From: Folioceros fuciformis
Taxonomy: Eukaryota
Assembly (NCBI GenBank): GCA_049999805.1
Contig: JBNGIO010006104.1
Location: forward strand, 62,771 to 109,393
Length of the DNA: 46,623 bases
Direction: 5' to 3'
Within the stretch, counting starts at the first letter, position 1, and every line of letters starts with the position of its first letter. The notes beneath the pieces were generated by a model that had not been told where the DNA came from, searched no databases, and worked only from the letters and a program-made list of their open reading frames with translations. This document shows, piece after piece, positions 36,501-46,623 of the stretch. A program made the position numbers and the translations under genes.

Positions 36501-36751
36501 AGATTCCAACCCATATCCCGCGGGCCACCAAAGCCGAATAACTACTGGTTTCCGCAAGACACCGGGAGACAGCTTTCATCTAATGCCATTTCCAGCCCAA
36601 TAATTGAAGTAAACTATCTGTACAAATGCTCCAGCTCCACAAAACTAGCTGACGCGGCTGACACAGTCCCGACTTGTGAGGCCTGGAAGGCCTTATTTCA
36701 CAGCAAATTTGGAAACCGATTTCTAGTCTAGGCTGCTGTACACACAGACTG

Positions 36752-39700
36752 CTACATGCTCGCTGCTGCATGCAAATCTGTCTCCGTTTCTGTCTCTACA
36801 TCCTCCACCCTTTGAACTCCAACCTGAACATCACAAACACATTGAGACCACCGAGGTTCACACTTGGCTCTAGCTACCAGCAACAGTAGGCAGGGAATAA
36901 CCCAGTTTCTCCGCCGTTTGCTTGCTGCTTACTGGCGATGGAACAAAGTAGCTGCCACTTCTCAAAATTCACTAAGCCTGTGCCTACCTGTACATCCTTC
37001 TGTCGTGCAGTGGAGAGAAACCGCTCGAGGGCTCCCTCGCCGCGTAAAACTTTCGCTCCCACACCTTGACTGTCTGGAGCTCCCACAGACTCCTCATCGA
37101 CCACAACTGCATCAATTTTATCTGGGCCAGACGCTACATCCGGAATCTACAGAGAAAGGACAGGGCCAATCACCAACCGAACAAGAGAGGTAGCAGTATG
37201 ATGGCCAACAGAATTTGAAAGTACACACCTCATACATAGCTTCAGTTAGGAGATTCTCCATGATGGACCGCAAGCCACGGGCCCCAGTGTTCTTTACCAT
37301 AGCCTTCTGCGCGATCTTTCTCAGAGCACCCTCTGTATAGTGAAGTTTAACCTATCAACCATTACATATTATTGCAGCCAGTCTAGGATTGAACTTTGAA
37401 CGAACTGAACAAGTTGAACGCAACACGTACAAATAACACAGTCTCCCTCACCTCGTTCATTGCGAACATTTTTTTGTACTGCTTGCCCAGTGCATTTTTT
37501 GGCTCCGTAAGGACCTGTCAAAACAACGCCACCTTTTACTGAAAGGTAGCCCATACGCGTTTGTTCAGAAACACTCCAGTCGTTTCACAATATTAATCAA
37601 TCTCTACCAATTCTGCAAATCTATCAGGCAGGCTAAACTGCAAGACCCGCAATATGCAATCCCAATATGACGATAGGCCCAGAAAAGGCAAAGTAAATCT
37701 AAATGAGTCAATGGAAACCGCAGACATAATCTCAGTTCAATTCCTCTAATCTGCAATTTTCGACACCAGCCCCTTTATCCTCTAGCTTCTGCCTCACCTG
37801 CACAAGCTGCTCCTCATTCAGAGCTGCTAAGCTTACAAGCACGGGAAACCGCCCTATGAACTCAGGGATGAGTCCATATGCAATCAGATCGCTGCTTTCT
37901 GCCTGCACAACCACGACAGAAAGTGCACGCAAAATGTCCTTCAGAGACAACAAGTCAAATCTGAAGAGATGGCTAGAACACATGATCTCAGTGAGAAGCT
38001 GTAATCATTCGTTCAAAAGATACAGGGAATTAGCAGAACAAGAATTTACCGTCTCCAGAAGGGACGAAGTTATAGCTGCATCAATCAACCTGTTACCCCT
38101 CATGTTAGCTCGCACTGGTGCCCCGAAGCCAATTGACGAATCTTGTCTCCTGAAACACATCTTATTAGAAAAAGGGGAAAAAAAAAGAAAAGAGGATACA
38201 TCTTCCAAAAAACAAGGGAAACCCTCACCTCTCTGCAATAGTTTTCTCGAGTTCCACAAATGCACCCCCACAGATAAACAAGATATCCTTCGTATCGACC
38301 TGCCAAATCAAATCCCATAAATGCATCTGAAACGAGTGGGCCCCAAGCAACCTGCAGGTAGGAAAACATATAGACCAACGGATCTTCTGACACAAATCAG
38401 TCAGCCTTCTACAGGCCTACATGGACCACATTCTGAGCTGATGTTTCCTGAGGGTACGGCCGCTTCAACTGCTGGATTAAGCACTGAACGAATACAGAAC
38501 TATAACATACAGAAGTCTACACAACCACATAAGGGACAGAAAGGCGCAACTCCCCAGCACCGGAAGCAGCCCAACTGAACACGTAATTACTGTAAGAAGA
38601 CCAAAAGCTAGTCTAAGAATACCAAAAAGCCAATTCCAGGTATCAAATACTGTACCTGAATGTGATCACCACGCGGGTGCTTTCGTGCACCCTTTTCTGG
38701 AACATTGACTACCTGCAATCATTTTACGAATAAACCAAACAAGGGTTAGAGCACAAATAAGCCAGAAAAGGGTTACAGCACATTGCAACAAAAAACTGAA
38801 GACAAGCTGCTCCTCAGATTAGCATTTTGGCACATTAATCACCATCTATGCAGCCTGGATAGGAAGTACTACCCAATGCGCAAATGTACTGCAGTGATTC
38901 ATGTGTTGGCTATCATCAATGGGGCACATTGGAAGCGAAGCTAGCGACTACAGCCAAGGACCAATTGCGGCGAAAGCTGGATGAATTTTATGTTATCCGC
39001 TGCATATTCAACTGTGCCTTAAGCACTGCTAGGGGTACACCCAAGGCCTAGGATACCTAATAGACAGGCAACACTCACCGTGCCTTCTAGCATCTTTAAT
39101 AGCGCTTGCTGGACACCTTCGCCTGATACATCCCGGCTTATGTTCAAACTTTCTGCCTGCACAATGCATCTGACGTAACAGTAAATATTCCCAACGACCA
39201 GACTGCAGTTATGCCCACCAGTTACAGGGAACAGCTTGCAGACACAATACCTTTTTAGTAATTTTGTCAACTTCATCAATATATACAATTCCCTGTTGAG
39301 CGGCAGGGACATTGAATTCGGCAGCCTGGGACGAGTGAAATGCAGCCACGTTCAGTATGAACAAACTGGCGTATGTGAAGCATCCTGAGCTACAACTACG
39401 AAGGACGAGAGCTACTATTAATCGATGGTTCTTACCATTAAGAGCTTATAAAGAATTGATTCCACATCCTCGCCCACATATCCTGCCTGCACCGAGAAAC
39501 GCCGTGTCACATACTGCTTTGACTGGACCAAGCCTAAAGGAAAGAAATGGCTCAACGTACAGTCCAGAAACCTGGGTAAGAGTCGTGGCATCTGCAATGA
39601 CAAATGGTACATTGACAAACCTAGCCAAGGTTTTAGCGAGGAGGGTCTTCCCTGCACAGCGAGAAGGTGTCATTATCTCTTGCAAGACCGAAAGCCAGTC

Positions 39701-41148
39701 GACCAAGACGCAAGAGGAATCTTTTGGCTAGACGACCTGACAGACCTGAGGACCACAACCAGTAGGGGAGGGGAGAGACTCTTAGACGGCTGTCCTCCTT
39801 TTCTACCTACACCTTGGGCAAAGTAACGAGGTGATAGGAGGTGATTAAGTCACGATAGGAGTTCGCTCTTCCGACGTGGGGCTCTTCAGAGTGGCAAGAG
39901 ATGGACTACAGCGAAATTCTTGGAATTTCAGGAAAATCGAACTGCACGCTGACGGCAATCCCTGCTTCAATACCAATCCCACTTACCAGAGCCGGTTGGT
40001 CCCATTAGCAAAACGTTGCTTTTTTCGAGCTCCACCACATCACTATCCTCAAACTCATTTTCTGGGAAGTCTGTATGAAGTCCGCCGGGCCTGCACCATC
40101 CTCTTTTCACAACACGCTCCGGTTCAGATGAGCCGGGCGCACATCAGGGATGGCATGGTTAGTGTTGTCGGAAGAAGCAACTTACCCTTCGGGCACTACG
40201 TTCTTGTAAATCCCCTTTCTCACAGATTCAAAGTAAATGCGCTTGTAGTGATTGTACACCGCAACAGATAGGATCTGCTCGAGAAGGCACACCACCCAAC
40301 ATTAAGGAAGGTTAGTCGTCGAGGCCAAATGGTCCGAGGCACAAGACAGTGGCCATGGCGAGGAGTGGTACCTTCTTGGCGCGCTCCTGACCAACCACGA
40401 ACCTGTCCAGAGCTCCACATATTTCCTTGGGAGTAGGGAGGTCCTTTCCCAGGGTAGATCCACCCCAGCCGTCCCGGGTTCCACATCCTCCCGCAGTGCC
40501 CCCAGTTCCTGGCTGTGCACGAACCAGATTGGTGCTAGGAGGAAAAGGTGGCGAGGGAGGCGCCTGAAGTGCCACTGCCGGAGGCAGCGTCAACCCAACC
40601 TGCTGCCAGTGCTGAGGAGGATCAGCATGTTTCCGAGCCGAATTCCTGGCCACAGGCCGGGCAAGAAGCTCGGAATTCTGAGCTCCCCCGGCTGCATCAT
40701 GCGTAACAGGGGACGACGTGCGCGGAGCGGAGTGGAAGGGAGACAGGGTGTAGCCTCCCCCACAACCAGGGCAAGTGAAGACGGTGTGGTGCAAGTGCAC
40801 GCTTTTCCCTCGGAAGGGCGGATCTTGCACGACGGAGACGGGGAGGATGGAGGAGAAGGAGACATTCAGGGTTGTGTTACACGTCCTGCAGCGGGAATCC
40901 GCGAGGAACAATTCCCGGCCCTCCTGGAACCTGTCAGCTGGATGGGGCGAGGACAGGGAGGGAGGGGGAGGGGGAGGAGGACCAGCAGCTAGAGGCGAGG
41001 GCCGGGAGTCGGTGCCGCCGGTGATGAAAGGGCGAGACGACGCAGACAGACTACGTTCACGGAGAGGAGTGGCAAGGGCGAGGGAGGGAGCAGCGCGGGA
41101 CAGCCTTGGGCCGAGGTCGGCCATCCTCTTAAAGCGGACTGCAGCCAT
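36752..41148 (-). CDS. CLPX: ATP-dependent Clp protease ATP-binding subunit ClpX, mitochondrial-type, multi-exon
   Basis: [30 protein letters not shown], Walker [18 protein letters not shown], Walker [23 protein letters not shown], the IGF loop and [10 protein letters not shown]-terminal CxxC...CxxC. Confidence 0.95.
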
Positions 41149-42254
41149 GGCTGTCGGGTGACACGGGACTGGCTGTGCTGTGTTGTTTTGTGGCTGTGCT
41201 TAACGGCAGCGGCAACAGTGCTGCATTTGCGAGCCCGAGTCCGAGCCCGGAAGATTGCCAGGACAGGATTCCAACTTCCTCCTCTTTATGCCTCCTCTTC
41301 TTCGCTGCTCCCGCTTCCTCCCGCTGCGATCTCCGACCTCAGCCCCGGATTCCCGCACCCCTTCCTTTCCCTTCCCTTCCGCCCGGTGCACCCTAGACTA
41401 CTTTACTTTTCAGTCCCTGGCCTCCTAAGAGAGGCAGACTCGCACGGTGTACTACACATGCCGTGAGCCACACCACTGCCACACACAAACACAACACACC
41501 TCACACCCAGACCGACTTTTGAGACTTCCGTTCACGCGCTCACTCAAACACCTTTAAAGCACAACACTCACTCCAACACCAAAACAAATCGCCCTCAAAA
41601 CCTATACCGTACTACAGGATGTGCATACATATGCACGTGGCACGAGCACGGGCCTACCGGACGTAAAGCAAGGCATGCCTTGCCGACGCTCACACCTCAC
41701 ATGAAACCGAGTGAACATCGCCCTCTTTATATAATTCTTTTTGTCAAAACTGATCTCGGAGACTTGTTCAAAACAGGATCGAAAAAACATGGCGTCGGAC
41801 AAGAGAGTTCCACTACCCTTGAGTTAGCAAATCTCGGACATCTCTTCGTAGGGGAGGTGGTGTATAAGGTAGTGTCAGCGATTCCCAAGGGGCAAAATTG
41901 TTTTCTCGTAGGGCATTGGGGTTTGAAGTTCCTAATGAGGCGTCCAAAGCTTGAGATTTGTATGGTTGTAAACACTCAGGGATGAATGCATCCAAGAAAA
42001 GGGACCTTTGCGTTAGCCCATATTGCTTCTTTATGAAATGTGCTTGAAGACTCCTTCCCTTTCTTTGAGAAAAGGGAAAAGGAGGCATGGCCTCTCAAGC
42101 CTTTAAAAGGAAAGAGTCTCTTGCTTGCCTTAGAGACATATGTAAAGGCAAAGCCCTCCTCGTCAAAGATGAAATCCTCAAGAAAAGAGAAATCATAAAG
42201 TGAACACTAAAGCCAAAATTGGAACCAAAGAGACCGAAGTAATCATCTTGAGGA

Positions 42255-42470
42255 TGCAGAGTTTTGTACATAGTTCCACAGGCTATACACCTTTTTCATT
42301 CAGATCACAGGTAACGAAGCAAATGACAGGTAACAAAGCAATGGATGCAGTTTCCATTTTGAATGCCGGCGTGTTTGAGACAGCAGCAAGAGAACCACAT
42401 AAATTTATTGAGCAGTTGAAGGCCAAACATGAGAGAGGTGCCCAACAACTTAGGAAGAATATTGGGGCCG
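42255..42470 (+). mobile_element. Degenerate Ty3/gypsy integrase C-terminal remnant
   Basis: VHSSTGYTPF followed by a helical KFIEQLKAKHE..QQL stretch resembles the end of gypsy integrase cores. No other domains are recognisable. Confidence 0.45.
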
Positions 42471-43041
42471 AAACCTCCAAGGGCAGTACTAGTACATCAG
42501 TGCCTTCGACTTAAACCTCCCTCCACAACCACAACAAATACCAATCCTAGTTCACAAATCTCATTCATCTACCCCTTGCACAAATGCATGTTCCCTAGCT
42601 AAATTGAGATCTAGAATTCGAGCCACTAATCACATCACACTAACATATGACTGTCAAGCTTCAATTCCAATGGACTTGGGAGTAGGACTAGCTGCCAAGT
42701 ATGTATGCTCACACCATTCTCCTATATTCAATACGATTACAATCTCATGCTTGTGGATGTGTGCTGGATTAGCCATTTTTACACCGGAACACCTAGGCCC
42801 AAAGTACATTCCTACTATCTTTTTATTTATGTTACAAAAACAAGCTGGAAAAACCATCTACCCTTCAAGAGAAGATAAATCATGATTGGGACACTAGAGG
42901 CTAACCCAAGCCTAATGACTACCAATAGTATCTAAAATATCATGGTCTAGAAGGAGGAAGGGTCTACTTACCACTAGAGTTGTTAACGCCTCCTCTCTTG
43001 CCAATGTCATCATCCTATATATGGCATTAGTCAACACTCGT

Positions 43042-44412
43042 TGTAGAGCAATGAAAACCCTCTACCAAGAAAACGCTACAATACATGAAAGAGAAGACTA
43101 AAGAGCTTTACTCTTTATCAAAACACTAAGATCTAATTATACGAGACCACTTGCTGTAGAGCAATGGAAACCCTTTAGTGCTATAGAGCAATAGAAACCC
43201 CTAGTGTTGTAGAGCAATGGAAACCTTTTAGTGCTATAGAGAAATAGAAACCCTCTGCCGAACAAACACTACAATACACAAAAGTCAAAGACCAAGCCTA
43301 TCTTTCTTTCCACCCAGATTAATCAAAGAGCACTACCCTTATGTAGAAACACCAAAACAACAAGATCTAATCATATGAATAGAATCATCAAAACATTGTA
43401 GAGCAATGGAAACCCTCTAGTGTTGTAGAGCAATGAAAACCCTATAGTGCTATAGAGTAATGGAAACCCTCTAGTGATGTAGAGCAATGGAAACCCTCTG
43501 GTGCTATAGAGCAATGGAAACCCTCTGGTGCTATAGAGTAATGGAAACCCTCTGGTGCTATAGAGTAATAGAAACCCTCTAGTGCTGTAGAGCAATTGAA
43601 ACCCTCTAGTATTATAGAGCAATGGAAACCCTCTAGTGCTATAGAGCAATGGAAACCCTCTAGTATTATAGAGCAATGGAAACCCTCTAGTGCTATAGAG
43701 CAATGGAAACCCTCTAATGCTATAGAGCAATGGAAACCTCTAGTGTTGTAGAGCAATGGAAACCCTCTAATGCTATAGAGCAATGGAAACCCTCTAGTGC
43801 TATAGAGCATTGGAAACCCTCTAGTGTTGTAGAGCAATGGAAAGTGCTATAGAGCATTGGAAACCCTCTAATGTTGTAGAGCAATGGAAATGGTTTAGTG
43901 CTATAGAGAAATGGAAACCCTTTGCCGAACAAACACTATAATACACGAAAGTGAAAGACCAAACCCATCTTTCATTTTACCCAGATTAATCAAAGAGTAC
44001 TACCCTTATGTAGAAACACCAAAACAACAAGATCTAATCATATGAATGAAATCATCAAAACACTGTAGAGCAATGAAAACCCTCTAATGCTATAAAACAA
44101 TGGAAACCCTCTAGTGTTGTAGAGCAATGAAAACCCTCTTGTGTTGTAGAGCAATGGAAACCCTTTAGTTCTATAAAGCAATAGAAATCCTTTGTTGAAC
44201 AAACATTATAATACACAAAAGTGAAAGACCAAGCCTACACAAAAGTGAAAGACCAAGCNNNNNNNNNNACAAAAGTGAAAGACCAAGCCTACACAAAAGT
44301 GAAAGACCAAGCCTATCTATCTTTCTACCCAGATTAATCAAAGAGCGCTACCTTTATGTAGAAACACCAAAACAACAAGATCTAATCATATGAATGGAAT
44401 CATCAAAACACT
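43042..44412. repeat. 27-bp satellite arrays alternating with a ~140-bp repeated linker (higher-order repeat), with an assembly gap
   Basis: Monomer tagagcaatggaaaccctctagtgcta. The linker gaacaaacac...ccagattaatcaaagag...gatctaatcatatgaat..aatcatcaaaaca occurs at ~43260, ~43927 and ~44197. Confidence 0.93.
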
Positions 44413-44788
44413 AGGATCTAATGATATGAATAGAATCACCAATGACACATTCGAAGATGCTAGGATATGTGATCTCTTAAGCACTTATGTAACCCATAAA
44501 AAAACCGCATTGTGTTCTTTTCTAGAGGATGGGGAGGGCAAGCTATGAGCATCAAATCAAACATGTACCATCGACATACATGTTACTGCAATTTACACTA
44601 GAAAAAGATACAATGGCTTTTATGCACAATACGTATTGGGCATAACATACACTTTTCTTTGTGCTTATACGATAGATAAACTATCACACTTGTTTGCCTG
44701 CAGAAGGGCTTTTGAGAGGAAGCGCCCTCAGCATTACACGGGTGAGTCCTTGTGCCTTTGAGGGAATCTTATAGCTCTTCCATAGCAT

Positions 44789-44973
44789 ATGCAAAAGTGT
44801 TCTTTGAAGCGGTTAGTAGAATGCTATGCAAAAGTGTTCTTTGAAGAGGTTAGTAGAATGCTATACAAAAGTGTTCTTTGAAGATGTTAGTAGAATGCTA
44901 TGCAAAAGCGTTCTTTGAAGAGGTTAGTAGAAAGCTTTGCAAAAGCATTCTTTGAAGAGGTTAGTAGAATGCT
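44789..44973. repeat. 37-bp tandem repeat, 5 copies
   Basis: atgcaaaagtgttctttgaagaggttagtagaatgct starts at 44789, 44826, 44863, 44900 and 44937. Confidence 0.95.
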
Positions 44974-46623
44974 ATTCAAAAGCAAGCCTTTAATTTCACA
45001 TCTTCGTGTTTTTGGTTGCCCTGCCTATGCTCTTGTCCCATCACAGCTTCGCGACAAGCTTGATGCTCGTGCTCGCAAGTTGGTGTTTGTCGGTTATGGC
45101 GATGACCGCAAAGCCTACAAGCTCGTGGACTTGGACTCTCAGATTCCTATCTACGCCCGCACTGTCACCTTTGATGAAGCTAAGATAGTGCCTGCTCTTG
45201 CGACGTCATTTGAGCCTCCTCTTGACGTGCAAGATGGTGCTTCCTTTGGCTCGAGCACTCCTCGCTCTTCTGGTGATACTTCTATTGATCCCTTTGCTCA
45301 GACCTTTACTTTTCTGACTGGTGGTGTTCCTCCTCCTCCTATGGCTCCTATCCCTCAAGCAGTTTTGGTGCCACCAGTTGCTAGTTCTGCTCCCCAAGTG
45401 CAGCCCACTCCTGAGTCCTCTGTTCCTGCTCGAGAGGGGGACATGGAAATAGACCACGAGGTAGTATATGAGGACCCCCGTATGGAACAAGGTGATGTTG
45501 AACATGTTGATTTTGAACACGTGGTGCCCCATGATATTCCTCAATCACCTATCACTCCTCCATCCCTACCTAGGCCCCCGGCTGCTCTTGAGCATAGATA
45601 TCCTACTCGTGTGCGCCAGCCTAGGCATCTCTGGAAGGAACAACCATTTGATATTGAGTTTAATCAAGCTAGTTTAACTATGTTGATTCTTTGGATGCTC
45701 TCTATGCCTTAAGTGTTTTTGCTGCAGAGGGAGATCCTTTAACCTTACAAGATGCATACTCGAGACCCGAGGGAGCCAAATGGAAGCTAGCTATTGATGA
45801 TGAGTACAACTCATTACTTAAAAACAACACTTAGACTTTGGTTAGTCTGCCTAAGGGTAGGACCACTGTCAAGTGCAAATGGGTTCTTAAAACTAAGTTC
45901 CAGGAAGTAGAGCCACGAATTTGCTACAGGTCGAGATTAGTAGCTAAGGGATATAGTCAAAAAGAGGGAGTGGATTATCAAGGCGATAAGGTCTACTCAC
46001 CTGTCGTCAAGGCTGCATCAGTTAGAATGCTCCTTGCTTTATGTGCTGAACTAAACTTGGAGATCTATTAGCTTGATGTGTGTACAACCTTTCTGTATGG
46101 TCATCTCAAGGAAGAGATCTACATGAATCAACCCGAGGATTACGAAGATAAGGTTTGTCCACAAAAGGTGTGTAAACTTAATCACTCAATTTATGGCCTT
46201 AAGCAAGCCCACGATTGTGGTATGAGAATGGATTCATATCTTAAGAAAATAGGTTTTGTTCAAAGTGAAGCAGATACTAATATTTATGTGCTACGCAAGG
46301 ATAGCTCACCTGTTCTAGTTGCACTCTACGTGGATGACTTAGTCATTGCAAGCAATAACGTTGAACTAGTCAACAAGATAAAAGCTGATCTCAGCAGGGA
46401 ATTCGAGATGAAGGACCTGCGAAAGGTCAAGAATATCCTTGGCATGCATGTACATAGGGATACCACAAGTGCTATCTATCTTCACCAAGGTAGATATGTA
46501 GCCGGTATGCTCAAACGCTTCAACATGGAGAATGCTAGGGCGTCAACCACCCCAGGTGCGTTTGGAGTCAAGCTCTCATCTGCCTCATGTCCCCAATCTG
46601 AAGAAGACAAGAAGGAGATGGAG
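44974..46623 (+). mobile_element. Degenerate, 5'-truncated Ty1/copia pol (post-integrase region and reverse transcriptase), running off the window
   Basis: HLRVFGCPAY, KLVFVGY, CKWVLKTK, RSRLVAKGYSQKEGVDY, IYGLKQA and LYVDD (YVDD at 46327). In-frame stops at 45832 and 46069 plus frameshifts. Confidence 0.95.

Noticed and set aside
34870-36730. AT-rich intergenic region and short ORFs
   Set aside because: Low-complexity A/T tracts and the probable ClpX 3' UTR, with no supported feature.
43371-43932. ORFs with LYSTRGFPL-type repeats
   Set aside because: They are translations of the 27-bp satellite.
43042-44973. CRISPR-like appearance of the 27-bp and 37-bp arrays
   Set aside because: The repeats are head-to-tail with no unique spacers, there are no cas genes, and the context is eukaryotic.

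Overview
Gene-dense eukaryotic DNA with short GT-AG introns, from a land plant. A seed-free plant such as the lycophyte Selaginella is inferred from intron size and protein style. Left to right the window holds: an orphan rbcS 3' fragment; succinyl-CoA ligase alpha (-) head-to-head with V-ATPase subunit d (+); a ~16 kb four-unit tandem array (about 6.4-22.1 kb); a SYMRK/DMI2-type malectin-LRR receptor kinase; a phosphohexomutase (-) head-to-head with a LAF3-like amidohydrolase (+); organellar ClpX (-); and a repeat/TE block with a gypsy remnant, a higher-order 27-bp satellite, a 37-bp repeat and a degenerate copia pol. The array is the most unusual part. Each unit pairs a Rubisco small subunit gene (-) divergently with a 7-exon, miniaturised casein-kinase-1-like gene (+) that the ORF track shows only in pieces. 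All four kinase-like genes can be spliced by hand into open frames of about 251-317 aa. All four lack the activation segment and carry degenerate catalytic motifs. The rbcS partner decays along the array: intact, intact, pseudogene, absent. All gene models were built by eye without database searches.
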